A stretch of 64,000 bases of DNA. Origin: Lingula anatina (taxonomy: Eukaryota; Animalia; Brachiopoda). The position numbers were made by a program, and so were the translations under genes. Below the pieces are notes generated by a model, which searched no databases, was not told the origin of the DNA, and saw nothing but the letters and a program-made list of their open reading frames with translations. Location of the stretch: positions 4,588,001 through 4,652,000 of the forward strand of contig CM120649.1 of NCBI GenBank assembly GCA_051362555.1. The letters run 5' to 3'. Shown piece after piece: positions 26,848 to 41,100 of this stretch; position 1 is the first letter of the stretch, and each line of letters opens with the position of its first letter.

Positions 26848-27436
26848 CTTCAGTGACGGCAGGAACTTGGTCCACGTGGAGATGATAGAAGAGAGCTAGC
26901 TTGGTTCTGCCACAGAGAGATGGAAATCCAAACAGATATTTATACAGAACACTGACTTGCACTAACTGGGACAAATTGCAGTCAAAATGATTTATTTCCG
27001 CGTATTGGCCAATCACTCTTTTGGGAACCACATGATAACAGTTTGTACACGACAATGATCAGGTACTCATAAGACATTAATAATTTGTGGAGGGAAATAT
27101 AGCTTTTTTGATACTTGTCACACAGATTCCTGGAAAGAATGCGAATATGAATTGGAATTGGGTAATTTACTTTACAAAGGTGCTGCATAATCAGAAGATT
27201 ATTTACCATTGCGTGAAACGAGGACCTGGTGGAATGTTTGCTCCCCCATTAAAAAAACATTAATACGTTAATACCTGGAAGGATACATAAATAGGTGAAC
27301 AATGAAATTCTCAACATAAAGGCATGAGGAAAGAGCACCTTGTCACTATAAAAAAGTCTTCAACACGCAAATTCGAAAAAGTAGTCTTTTTTAAAAAAAC
27401 TTTCATGAAAATATCACTTGCAACGGTTTTTGATGT

Positions 27437-27474
<38 letters not shown>

Positions 27475-29829
27475 TTTACACAAAGGCACTCAATACTGTG
27501 AAGTTAAAAATAGGAAGCCTTCGGCCATCTTTTTACTTTCTCAATCTTATTAAGTGTGCACACGAAGCAATCAGTTAAGCACACGTTGTCCTTACAGTGT
27601 TTTGAATAAAACATAAACATGTGTCAGAAAATAGCTGCTATTGAAAGAATGTATACATATTATTGCATACATAAACAATAAATTATTATGTCGTTTTCTT
27701 AAACAATAAACAACAAACGACATCCCTTTATATCTTTCTCAGGCCCTGGATGTGCATATGAAAACACATATTTTTGTGAATTTCTAATACTAAAGCATTG
27801 CCTCAGTATTCCCGTCCACAGGGCACAGTAATTTTCACATGTTTTGTAAAATCATAATGGAAAGTGTAAATGATTGTGCTAGGTGAAGGCTTACACATTA
27901 TATTAAATTCCATTGAGAAACGCTATACCCCAAAGGGGTTAGAACATGTATAAGAATGAATGCTGCAATTCCTCGTGCCATAAGTGTTGGCCTCTAACGT
28001 TTATCAGTGAAAGAGAAGGAATTTGGTGGTAGATATATTTGCATCACAAATAAATCCACAAAAATGATAAAATAATTCCAACCATTTTAAACAACCTTTA
28101 CAATAAACTGATCTTTGTAATCAGTTCCCAATGTTGCTTCAATATAAACAGTAGATGACAGTAAATATAATAAAATGGTATCACCTTTACCTTTCCATTG
28201 AATGAAGTAAAATAAAGTTGGATTCTAGACGATTTCAAACCCCATTAGATCAGGTCTTTATGCATCAATCAGGCCTGGTTTTAATCAAGGCTGTGTATAG
28301 CGCTATCATAGGGATGACACTATACACATGGCACACATCTCTTATAATCTGGATAGTTATATCCTTGTATAAAATTCTGTTTTATTCACAGAGGCTGGAT
28401 AAGCACCATTATAGTGGACAAGTGGATAAGGAGTATATCCAATATCTTCAGAGGATAGCAGCCATTTTAACCACTGGATAGCGCTACCCGGTCCTGATGA
28501 AACTGGATCCTTGACTTCAGGGATTTCTAGTGAACCCTGCTTCAGCCTCATTTATCATATTTTATGATTGAACTAGTGAAATCGCAGCAAATAAGCTTTC
28601 ACTTTAAAGGTATATTTGCACTGATTTTAGAAATTAAACAAACTATGTTAGCCTAACTAGAAGTTTTTGAGTCCCTATGTAATTCAACCAACTATTATAT
28701 TAGTATTCGTCCTTCCTCCCATTTTGTCCAGTAAGATACTTTGCTTCAAAGCCTCCAAACCAGCTTCCTTTCCCCTCAGAAATGCTCGTTGCTATGGTTG
28801 CTGGCAAAACATCATTTTTGGCTAATTTTGTAAAATCATCAGAGCTGAGAACATTGCAATTGGCGGATTTCATGATTTCAATTCCAAAATATAATATCAC
28901 TTGCCAAAAAATAACTTGCGTTTTTTTATGAGACGCGATCAGCTGTCTTTAATTGGCTCATTTTCCGTATTCTGAACAAAACGGCCCTGAAATGAAGATA
29001 AATGTTTCACAGGTATTCAATTCAGCAGCAAAATGGAGAAATCCACTGTCAGATCCCCCCTCCCCATATTTGATAACTGGTTCTAAATGCGCCCATAGAC
29101 ATGTTGCCGAGGACAACAACCCTCCTATTCACATTTGAATAACCACAGGTTCTTGGAAAATATGCGAATTTGAATTGTAAGAGAATTCTTAACTTTTAAC
29201 ATGTGTTTCACACAGAGATTATTTACCACTGCGTGAAACGGGAGCTTGGTACAATATTTGCCGTTTCCATTTAAAAGACATTTTAAGACATTAGTTCTTG
29301 GAAAGAAACACCAATTATTGCAATGATGGTCTTTGTACCAGGGCTGTGGAAGGAACAACGTATTATAATTTAAACAGAGACAAAAATTATAGTAGTCTCT
29401 GTCACCAACAAGAAGGAAATCAACGTTTTATCAGCTTTCCGTCGTGATGATGACGTTTGGAAACATTTTGTTTTTGATTCCTAAGGATTTACTATGACGT
29501 TTGGAAGACTCTTTTATTGGTTAACTGAACTTCTTACACGTTTATCCTTAATTACTATTGCTCAAAACAGATATAATCCAGAGATCTATTACAAGGACGA
29601 AATTGTTGTATGTAAAAACGGATGTATTATTATTATTATCAATATTATTATCATCATTATACGCTGTCACCCAGTGCTGTGGTGTTTCTCCCGAGAAACC
29701 GTAACATCTCCATGGTCGGTTCTTAATTTTGCAGGCATATCTTCAATTCATCCTTAATTGCACTCATTTTGCACACGCTGCACTCAGGTAAGCACACGTT
29801 GATGAAACGGTGTCCTGAATATTGAACAA

Positions 29830-30725
29830 ACACATTTACCTGGCATATATATTCAAGCCAACAGTAAATTGTCTCTTTTCCGAATACTTAACCAAAAGTG
29901 TGAAAGGGCAACTTATGTTGATAAAATAACAAATTATGACACCTTGTCAACCCTTGCTAATCTACGTCTTAGTGACCATAAACTCCACATCGAAACTGGG
30001 CGGCACACCAGGCCAAAAACTGAAAGGTGCGACAGAATCTGTCGCCTGTGCACCCAAGGGGTAATTGAAGATGAATACCATTTTATATTCCAATGCCCAA
30101 TGTACAAAACAGACCGAGTCACCTTTTTAAGTAAAACCTCAATCCTAAAAGCTGATCCCAGGCCACCAGACAGTCATTTATGCCATGTATTTAACAGTGC
30201 CAAAAAAGATACTCTAGTGTCCCTCTCCAACTTTATAATCAAATCATTCAAGAAAAGAAGTGAAGTAGTTGCTCTGCTTGGTAACTCTTAGCATATATCC
30301 CTTAAAATGTCAGTGTATGGTCCCACTGTTGTGAGAAGTGACTCGGCAGTGGGACTGAACATGGCACAATATTTATATCTGTGTAACTTATTTACTTATC
30401 TGTCTTATGTAATTGTCATTAGTCGTAATTATCCATGTCATCAAACTGGCTTTAAACAGCTATGTAACCTTGGTTTTAAGTTTAAACATATTCTTTTTGT
30501 GTAACATGTTTATAGTATGTTTATGGTAAATTTAAAATCACACCAAGGTTTATCGCATTGCTTAGATAGAATATTTTATGAGTAATTTTACTGATACATA
30601 TGTCCATTATATAAAGATGGTAATGCACTAACTGTATTGTATCGTCATTAGTATATCATATTGTACAAGGTCATGACAATCTATGTACCAGTACAGAAAT
30701 AAATTGAATTGAATTGAAATTGAAT
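29830..30725 (+). mobile_element. 5'-truncated LINE 3' end (RTE-X-like)
   Basis: ORF 29869-30291 carries LRLSDHKLHIETGR...CRLC...EDEYHFIFQC (C-terminal CCHC). AATAAA is followed by a (TTGAA)n tail at ~30700. Confidence 0.85.
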
Positions 30726-30819
30726 ATATTATTGCATATACATTAACAATTGTTAATGTATATTATTAAGAGTTAACACTGCCATTTTCCTACACAGTAA
30801 ACATCATCTATATACTCAA

Positions 30820-31550
30820 TTTTATGATATTTGATGAAAAAGGAAAATTAGACTGCAACAACATTTACAATAAATAATGTAGTCATTGAATCAGTTAAAG
30901 AATACAATTGTCTGGGCTTAACCTTTAAAAATACAGGTTCAATAAAAAACAATAATTTATAGAAAAAGGCCCTAAAGACAACTTTTTCTCTTAAAGCAGC
31001 CCTTTCCTCAATCAAGATATCATCTCCCCCACTCAATTTGAAACTATATGACAAAATCATCAAGGCCATCGTACTGTATGGGTGTGAAGCATGGTTTGAA
31101 GAAATATTCAAGGAAAAACAATGTTAGTGACCACGACTTGGAAATTGAACGGGGTCGCTATACTTCTCCTAAAACCCATACTGAAAATGGTAAGTGCCCC
31201 CACTGTAATGAAATTGAAACCAAAAATTCATTTTTACGGAAATGTGAAGAACATAGTGACATAAATAGAAGGCTCATGATACCTTCTAATCAGAAAACAG
31301 ATCATGAAAAACTCGAGTGGCTGCTCAGTCTAAAAAGTGAAACATTTTTAAGAGCCTTACATATATGTTTAAATGAAATTTTGAAAAAAAATGATACACT
31401 CGTCACTGGCAATATAGTAGCTGTTTTATCCTGTGCTACTTCCCAGTAATCATTTCATATGTATTTTGTATTTATATAGATGTTATAAAACTAGAAGTAG
31501 ATTAGAGAGCCTGTAAAATATAACTTGCAAACATTTTATTGCTCAATAAA
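30820..31550 (+). mobile_element. Degenerate, internally deleted LINE fragment
   Basis: VKEYNCLGLTF, LYDKIIKAIVLYGCEAW and SDHDLEIERGRY...CPHC remnants, with frameshifts. Confidence 0.75.
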
Positions 31551-32059
31551 GCTTTCGGGTTGATATTTACTGCATATATAAAAAATCAGCTGAGAATGGC
31601 TACGAACCATAGGAGACAGCATATAGGAGTGACATCCACAAGATCGTTCTTCGTTCTCATATTTTGGCCTCTAACCGTGATCAATGTAACAACAATGATT
31701 TGGCGGTAATATATGTAAATAAGCAATGACAAACCGCCCCGTTCCGTTGCAATCAGCAATGCGCAACTCAGTGGCTGAAAGGGTGGACGATAGGAGTAAG
31801 AGTCACGTCACGTTCGCCCCCATGTTGCAGCCGCGTGGCGTCACGTGACTATCTGGAGTCACATGTGGCTCTCATTGTCACCTAATTTTCTGCATATCCT
31901 CATTTGACTACTTATGTCAGCTACCTGTAATAAAATGTTTTAACTGTTTGAAAACAAAATGTTGTTTGGTGTTTTAAATTATGCTCACTTCATACAGCTA
32001 CCTTGGGAGTACACTAGCTGTATGGTTTGTCTTACTATTACCGTAGGAGAAGACAGGTA

Positions 32060-32112
<53 letters not shown>

Positions 32113-32611
32113 CGTGCATGGGTTTACTATTAAATAAATAAATAAATAATATGTACATTTTAAAAAAATTGATGAATCAAATTCCTTATAGTGTGCATTG
32201 AATGCGCACTAAAATCGGGGCTTCAATGACTCGATCAGCCTTCAACTAGGTTATATTTTATGGGCACATTAGGAAAAGCCAAGACATCTAGTTAACCCGT
32301 AGAAACGTTATTTAGAGTGTATTTCTTATCCTATATATCGGTATTGATATTATGCCTAAAACCTGTACACCTGTACGTCCTCTTCATTTCAAAGTATCCA
32401 CTCCCAAACAAACACAGGTAAGGGCAAACGGTTGGTTTTCAGCAGGAATTCACAGATATGTAGGTGGCTTATTTTTGGACACATTTTTTCGTCGAGAATT
32501 TTTGCAAGGCATTAATGTGATCACCCAGCTAACCTCTTGGATAGGATAGGCCATCACCAGTCAATCACTTATTTAAATTAACAGTGATTGCAGGGTGGTG
32601 TGTTAATACAG

Positions 32612-32854
32612 CAGGGAAGGATCCAGGTTTATATGGTGGAGGGGGGGGGGGCGGCAGATGCAAAGCCGACCCCCCCCCCCCCCCCCCCCCCCCCCCCTTT
32701 GGCGTTAGAGGTGGAACAGTACGGTTTAGAAATATAATTTAGATGGTCAAAAATTTTAATTTCAAGACTCTCAATATATCATGGGTCCATCGGTGTGATT
32801 TTTTTCAGGGTGGGGGGTCAGGACCCCCCTGAACCCCCTCTAAATCCGCCACTG
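32612..32854. mobile_element. MITE with 6-bp TSD (hAT-like)
   Basis: ATACAG|CAGGGAAGGATCCAGG...TAAATCCGCCACTG|ATACAG, with internal poly-G and poly-C runs. Confidence 0.75.
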
Positions 32855-33126
32855 ATACAGTCCATAGTTGGCTTTGTCTATCAAATCTGTCATGAATTAA
32901 GAAAAAAAGTAAAATGATATAAAATGAAAAGTTGAACAGACGATCTAAGTATGCCAGCTGTTCTTGCTACAGGGAATGGACATCAGGCGGGTCTTGTCAG
33001 CCAACGTGCACGTGAAATCTCTGTCAAGGCATGTTTCGTGCCAAATTTTAGCCTATAAAATGACTCAAGTCTTGTGAAGTATACAGGCTGGCGCAATATA
33101 TTTTTATCTAAATGACCCGAGGCCAA

Positions 33127-33730
33127 CACCCTGAGCTTCAGAGATAACTTGACACTAACCTCTTCCCTATAGCCTATCTTCATCGTGTCAAGTTACCTCT
33201 GACCACATTCGATTGCCTCCGCCGCCCGCCAATCAAATTTAAAGCCCGCACTCAATGACTCATTGAACGATCTAGCCAATGAACGCGAACGAGTCAAAGC
33301 GCGCTTTGTTCAAATCCGGACCAATCAAAGATAAGGCTGAATATCAGGGACTTGCCGTAACCTGTGGGCAGCACGCAAAATACATCATCCCTCAGTAGAT
33401 AATTATGCAGGGCATCAAACTGCTCTGGTTTCAATTCCGATATACCCCACGCTTTCTTTGTGTACGGTTATGCACTCGGAACTACTCGGATGTCTCCGCA
33501 CTCGACAATAACTATGTTGTTAGTATGGAGCTTGCGGAATCAGCCGAGGATTGCCGATTGACGGTCAACCAATCAGCGTTTTCACCAAACTTTGGTGAAA
33601 AATTTTGAAACATGGATTCGATTGGCTTATATAAACTAGGTCAAACTATTTTCGTCAGAGGTAACTTGACACGATGAAGATAGGCTATAGGGAAGAGGTA
33701 AGTGTCAAGTTATCTCTGAAGCTCAGGGTG
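33127..33730. mobile_element. 604 bp non-autonomous DNA transposon, ~77 bp TIRs, 8-bp TSD
   Basis: TSD GAGGCCAA at 33119-33126 and 33731-33738. Near-perfect TIR CACCCTGAGCTTCAGAGATAACTTGACAC... Confidence 0.92.
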
Positions 33731-34460
33731 GAGGCCAAGGACCCCAGACTGTAGCGGAGTGCTGAAGCCACTCTTTACTGGAGTGCAGTTTGGGTGACAC
33801 GGTAAACAGGCGGCGGGCTCTCGTCGGTGAGACTTGCACACGAAGGGAAATTTCGCAAGCGAGATATAATAAGGTTTGTTAAAGAGCACTTTTAATATAT
33901 AGTTTCACAATGAACAAATTATAAATTTGAAAATATTGTTTTTTTAAGTGTTCGTATAATTATCGCACATTTAATTGTCGAGCCGCATTTATTCAGATCA
34001 TTAATTTAGACTTTAGTATCATATATACAGTTATGTAGGAGAAAGACTATAAGTTGTAATGCAGTAGAAATAAAATTATAATCTACTGATAAAAGAAAAC
34101 AATTCTTAGATCTATACACCCTTCATCTAAGTCAGCTGAATACTTCTGCCGTTGGGTAATCTCCTTTTTATACAAGTAGATTTTGAATAATTTTTTTCGC
34201 TCGGGCACAAGCTATAATTATCACCCTCACACCTCTAGATCGGGTTCCTTGCAATTGATATTTAATTTCATTTTGTAAGAAAAAAAAGGGATGGTCAGAT
34301 GGACCTAGACCAAGTTGTAACAGGTTGTGGAATAAAGTGTCATAGTATTGGTTTTATTTTATTTTATTTTTCAAAATCTAAATGTTGCACAACGCTAGTA
34401 GATGGTTGTCTGACCGGAAACACGGAGAAAAATTTGGTCCCAATCTATCATTCTGCTTAA

Positions 34461-34763
34461 ATGGATAAGTACTCTTCGTATGAGATCTATATTTCACAAT
34501 AAATACATTGTGAACAACTCACAGAAATATTATTTATTCTGTTGTACAAGAAAAACGGCAGTTATAGCTATTATTCTGATATCTGAGCTTGTCTTTAAAC
34601 CATGTGACCTCCAATGATGGCTAAACAAACTTTTGAGAAAAAAAACAGGGACTAACTTTGAATGTACAAATGTATTCATTAACCATTGGTAAGCACGGGG
34701 AAATGGTTGTTTACTCCAGGAATTTTTTTTTTTTTTTTGCCAAAACGAAGAGTTATTATCCCT
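34461..34763. mobile_element. Kolobok-like MITE (TTAA-flanked), copy 1
   Basis: TTAA|ATGGATAAGTACTCTTCG...CGAAGAGTTATTATCCCT|TTAA. Homologous to 41163-41499. Confidence 0.75.
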
Positions 34764-35089
34764 TTAAGGGCTATATACTTGTGACTGATTAACACGTGAA
34801 TATCAAATTCAAACCACATAATCAAAGTTACTATCTTCATAGTAAATACTACCAAATAGAATATAGTCAACGATTCTATGGTATTTCAAATTAAAAACGC
34901 AATCAAATTTAGTTTCCAGAACTCTACAGCCTGTTTTATCTTTAGGCAAAATGTTGGAATATTAAGACTAAGAAGAAGTATATGTCTCATACGATATAAA
35001 GGTCCACTGTTCTGCACTGCAGGCTAAAATATCGAGAATTTCTTGTCCACCTGGCAAATATAGAGCAGTCTTTCAATACTATCGGGTAG

Positions 35090-35095
35090 TATAAA
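35090..35095 (+). promoter_or_regulatory. Candidate TATA box of the CYP gene
   Basis: TATAAA ~90 bp upstream of ATG 35184. Confidence 0.45.
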
Positions 35096-35183
35096 GAGTA
35101 CGAGCGGAGATATACTGCTGTTTTACATAAGGGTCAAGCCTCTCAAATATTTGCCTCTGGTGATAATCAACAGAACATTCCAG

Positions 35184-38100
35184 ATGATGCATATCTTGAG
35201 TATTTTGAGTTTACTAACTGTGAAGACCGCCTTGGTCGGGATGGCGGTATTCCTGTTGGTGATGTCATATCTACAGAGGAAGAAGTACAAACTGCCGCCA
35301 GGACCTCCACAGCTGCCGATACTGGGGAACTACTTCAGTGAGACAATTTTAAAACTAACTCAAATATACAAATAGCAAATATTCACAAAATATCTTTATT
35401 TCATTAAAAAAATATCGCATGAATCAACAAACTTCTTTCTTTATAATTAATGATTTAAATCCTATTAGCATTTTGGACACTGGTTACATGTTTTGCAAAT
35501 CCAATCAATTTTGGTTTACTCAATTAAATGGTTTAAAAAATGAGCTTATCTATTTTTCCATTGGAAAGTTATGTGTATATAATTTCAGCATTCAGAAAGG
35601 ATGGCCGAATGTATGCTGTCTTTACCAAGCTCGGGAAGTCATTCGGTGATATTTTCACTGTTAATTTCGGTACCATTCTTTGTTTTTATATTCTTGTAAT
35701 TTTATTGTCATGTATAAGGATGCAAGTTTTAAATCTAAGCACGTATAGGTACTAGTGTTCAATTTTCCTGGTATATATTAAAGGCCACACTTATCGGTCT
35801 CTCTCTCTCTTCCTTTTTTTTTTTTTATTTTCGGGGGGTGGGGAAAGGGTTGTGTGTGTTTTGGCACAATTTGAATCTATATTTTTCTTCAGTACAGTTT
35901 ATTCGTAGGGCATATTGCGAGATGTCTATCATTCTGTACGATAAAGGACAAAAGGACATTAATGTATTGTTCTGCACATTTTGTGCTTACAGGCTTTGGT
36001 AACACGGTTGTAGTTTTAAACTCTGCGGAAATGGTTCACGAGGCGTTTGTTGAGAAGAAAGAAATATTTGCGGGGAGGGACGACATAAGTTGGAAATGTG
36101 AGTAACAGACAGTTTGTATTGACAGAGAGGCCTCCAAACATATTTTGTACGATGTTCTTCTTAAATACATTAATTCGGACGATATGGATAAGTGGACTTT
36201 TCCAGTCGCCATTGTAAAATACATGTACAAGATATTGTTCATGGCGCATGATTGTTGTTTTTTTTTCTTCTTTTCAGTAATCAATATTTGAATTTGTAAA
36301 CCAAGACAAAAGTAAGATGAGTGGGTGATTGTCTTCATTTCTTTTGCTTTTGCATCACATAATTAAAATGTAGTTACACATAACCGCACTATGAATATTT
36401 TTTGTCAGTTGAACTCTTCAGCGGAGGTTTCAAGGACATAGCTTTTGCCAATTATGGTCCCGTGTGGAAATTACAAAGGCAAATGACTTTAAAGGCATTC
36501 AGGTATAATGATCTAAATATTGGTTTACGTTTTGGTACACTTATAAAGAGGAATATCATCTTGTATAGGTATATCTGCACATTAAATACATGTTTAGATC
36601 CAGTACTACTGTACATGTGCCTGGCTACTTTTTTAACTTACTTAAACAACCCCCCTTCTGTCGTGAATGTATAGATAAACACACATGACTTGGTCAAAAG
36701 TCATAGAGGGCATTCCCAAAGATTTAAATCTACCCAACTAGATCGACCTAACTCCCTGGGGGTTCACGCTAAATTGCTGTCAGCCGACCGTACAATGAAG
36801 TTAATTACCCCCTCACAGCTTTTAGTAGGCGGGACAGACTGGCTAAGCTGACAGTAATCTAGTGAGACTCCCCACGGTGATAGATCGATCTAAAATCTTT
36901 GGAAATGGGGTCATAGATGTTCATGCACTGTTTTCACCGTTTAGGACATACTTAGCAGGTGATAAATTGGAATCATTCACGAGGTCCGCTTTTGATGAAG
37001 TCGCCACCTTGATTGAAAAGGAGACCGAGCCATTTGACATAGATGTTCACATCCGGTTACTTGTCTTCAACATTGTCTGCAAGATGGCGTTTGGGAAAAG
37101 GTATATCATTTAAGTACATCAGTTAAAGTGCTTTATTTATGTATGTAAACATTTATCCTCTGAAAGGCACGTTCAAATGCCCCTTCGCGTATCTTTACAA
37201 TACACACTCATCAAACTGCACTGTGTCTAGCCAAAGTGTACCGTCTGTGGCTGCATGTCCTTTGAATTGTAAATATTCCACTAATACCGGTAAGGGGAGC
37301 TGCATTGGTTTTGTAATTATGATGAATTTGGTGTTATAAAAAATGGACATAAAGAGACATCTAGTATAACACAATTTAATATGGCCTCTGCAAATATGCA
37401 CACCTTCCTATTATTATTGATGCTACTGGGACAATATTCTTCATCTCAGCGGCATATAAGTGAGAATGCAGTAATGCAGTAATGAAGATGACGGTGAATG
37501 TGTATATCCAGATAAAAGTATATAACATATACATATAAAATTTTGTGATCAAAGGAGATCCTTCGACCGAAAGTTAAAAAGCTATAAGCGTAAGCATCAA
37601 AAGGATAAACAGAATGAAATTAGCCGACTCTGCGCGGAAAGTAAACAGAATTATTGTGAATTCTGGAAACTAATAGGAAAGTTGGATATAAAGAGCCAAA
37701 GGTGCAACAATGTACCCTGGGAAATTGTTGATGACAAAGAAATAATAACTGACAAAAAGCAAGTACTTGCTAGATGGCAAAGAGACTACCAAAAACTTTT
37801 TAATAATGTTTCACCTGACAGCTTCGATGATGAATTCTTGAATTCTGTAATCGCCTCGGAAAACGATGAGGGTTTACACTTAACTAACACTTCATACGAA
37901 ATTCAGCTTAATGGCCCTATTACACGAGATGAAGTATATAACGTTGTGATGGGACTAAAGAATGGAAAGTCGGTTGGTTATGACGGTATTCCGGCTGAGG
38001 TACTTAAAAATAACCAGAGCTGCGAGTTGCTTTTCAAAATAATATCTACATGCTTTGAAAAGAGTGACATCCCAGATATTTGGAGAATAGGAATAATAAC

Positions 38101-41100
38101 ACCCATTCCCAAATCAGGAGAGAATGACTTGCGCGATCCAATGTCGTATAGGGGGCTCACTTTAATGTCAATCCCCAGCAAAGTTTATACAGCAATACTA
38201 AACGCCAGACTCTGCAAATGGCTCGAAAATAACAAGAAGCTAGCGGATGAACAGAACGGCTTTAGGCGCAACCGTAGCTGCCAAGACCACCTATACACTT
38301 TGTACAGTCTAGTTAAAAACCGCAAACTTGACAAACGTCCGACCTTTGCGTGTTTCGTCGATGCGCGCAAAGCATTTGATACAGTAAACCGTGATTTACT
38401 ATGGCACAAGCTAAGGAAAATGGGAGTGAAAGGGAAAATACTTGACGCAATTAAGTCATTATATCGCGGTAACAAATGCATGGTCAGAGTAAATGACATG
38501 TACACGGATGAGTTTCCGGTGCTCAACGGTGTAAAGCAGGGTTGCAACTTATCGCCCACTCTATTTTCCATGTATATTAATGACCTGGCAGATGATATCC
38601 GAGGTTCTGGAATAGGAGTTCAATATGAAAATCATACCATTGGAATATTAATGTACGCTGACGATATTGTGCTTTTAGCGGAAACGGAAAATGACATCCA
38701 AAGACAGCTGGATATTTTGCATCTATGGTGCAGAAAATGGCGAATATCGGTTAACCGAGACAAAACACAAGTTGTGCACTTTCGAACAAAAACCACTCAA
38801 TGTACTGGAGCAAATTTCAATTGTGGGAACATTGTCGTTGACGTTGCTGAAAGGTATAAATACCTAGGCTTGTGGTTTACTGAGCATTTAGATATGCATT
38901 TTACCGTATCAGAGCTAACGAAGTCAGCGAGCAGAGCGTTATTTGCTCTACAGTCTAAGTACTTTCTTGTTGGTGGTATGTGCTTTGAGGTGTACAATAA
39001 GTTATATAAGACATTAATTGAACCTGTTATGTATTATGGGAGCGCTGTCTGGGGTTTATCGTCCTTTCCCAAGCTAGACTCGTTACAAGCTAGAGCTGGA
39101 AAATTCTTTCTCGGAGTGCGTAAACACACTACAAACATTGCTGTAAGAGGGGAGATGGGTTGGCCCTCAAACTTAACTAATCAACGTACGGAAGTCTTAA
39201 GGTACTGGAATAAACTAAAGACATCAGATGAAACCAGGCTAATAACAAAAATCCACAAATGGTCGCTTTATAAACCGCGCACCTGGGAAAGTAGAGTGTT
39301 GTCGCTTCTGTCTCAGATGGAACTATATACGGAGGGAGACCTTGTCAACATTTCTTTGGCAAAAATAGTTTTAAAAACTGCGGATGAAAATTTATGGAAA
39401 ATTAAGATGTGGGACGACAAAAAGTGCACGAATGGCAATAAACTACGAACATATAGAACATTTAAAGGTGAACTTGTGACAGAATCTTATTTGCATAATA
39501 ACTATCTGACTAGAGCACAACGACGGACCTTTGCTTCACTACGCTGTGGAAGCGCACCCCTCAGAGTGGAAACCGGGCGTTATTCTAATACACCACTAAA
39601 TGAGCGCATATGCGTTTATTGTTCTTGTAATGAAATAGAGAGTGAGAAACATTTTTTAATTAACTGTGAGCTCTATAAAGACATCAGAGAAGAGCTTTTT
39701 AACCTTGCAAATCAAATAGACGGAAATTTTAATGTTTTTAATAACTATGAAAAGTTTATATTTCTTATGCAAAACGAACAAATACAATTTTATACAGCAA
39801 AAAAAGCACATGCAATGATGTGGAAAAGAAGCAAAGTTAACAACAAAGAGAGGGTTTAAAGTTTTATTTATAATATCCTTTTTTACGTATTTTATTGATA
39901 AGTAACAATTTTAATGAACTTCTTTGAATTTTAAATGCAGTAGCACGGGTTTTAGTCTCTCATAACCCTCAGCAGGGTGGGTTTTATTTATTTAAAACGT
40001 GAGACGTTAATAAAATTATTATTATTATATGTATATGTATATGTATATGTATATAACATATACATATACATATGCAATTGTGTTGTCAATACCATGTTAA
40101 TCAATCTACCCAGTAAAAGCCCAGTCGGGACCATGCGGTTGCCACGTTATTACCTGTACTTCCACATTGTATACGCAACGTGTTATAACCACGTAATACC
40201 AGCGCGTAAACCACGCGATCCCAACCTGATGGACACTCCAAAACATTTTTATGTCTTAAGTTATATAATGTGGAACTGGGCTGATCATGACGACAAAATA
40301 ATAGAAACAAATTGTATTTGATAAAAGCACTTATACTTTGATTATCACTTATATATGCATGGAAACAGTGGGTTTTATGTTTGCTTGTCGAGATAAATAT
40401 TTTCTAATTCTTTTCAGCTACAAAATTGACGAACCTGAGTTTGTATGGTTGAAGACAAATCTGGAAAAGACTATGCAAACCTTCTTTGGAGGTGTAGTTC
40501 CTACTGACGTCATTCCCGCCTTGAAGTATTTTCCTATCCCATCATCCCTCAAGATAAAACGACTCACGGATGACGTCATTGGTTTTCAAAAAGCCAAACT
40601 GGAAGACCACAAAATAAATTTAAAAACAGGTTTGCGATTTGTTTACATTTCACCCAAAATTAACGAAACTCTGCCTTTTCATGTGGATATTTTTTCGGAA
40701 GTGAGCGTACTGTTATCACTCATCGGGGTTAAACATTTGATGAATTAACTGTTACCTTAAATGCTACATGACTCCCACCTTGACAAAGTAAGTCTTAAAT
40801 CAAGGTGCATGTCCAGGGAGAAGTAGGGTAAACAGATTTTCTCGCTTATCCAGGCATCCCTTTGATTATCTGTCACTTTCAATTACTTGACTATTGCCAC
40901 CTACTCAGTTTCCACCATATTAAAATATTTATAAAATAGGTTGACCTATTCATCTCTTTACTCCACCTTTACCTGGAGGATAGGTGGTTATACAGGTACT
41001 TCGATTAGATATTTAATAATTCTTTCTGCACTTGTACTCAATGAAAGAGGAATTTGTTGTAAAATAATTTGGTAAATGATAAAGTTGTATTATCACACTA

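Noticed and set aside
37682-39859. Domesticated reverse transcriptase gene
   Set aside because: The TSD, tail and 5' truncation without a native start show an ordinary recent LINE copy.
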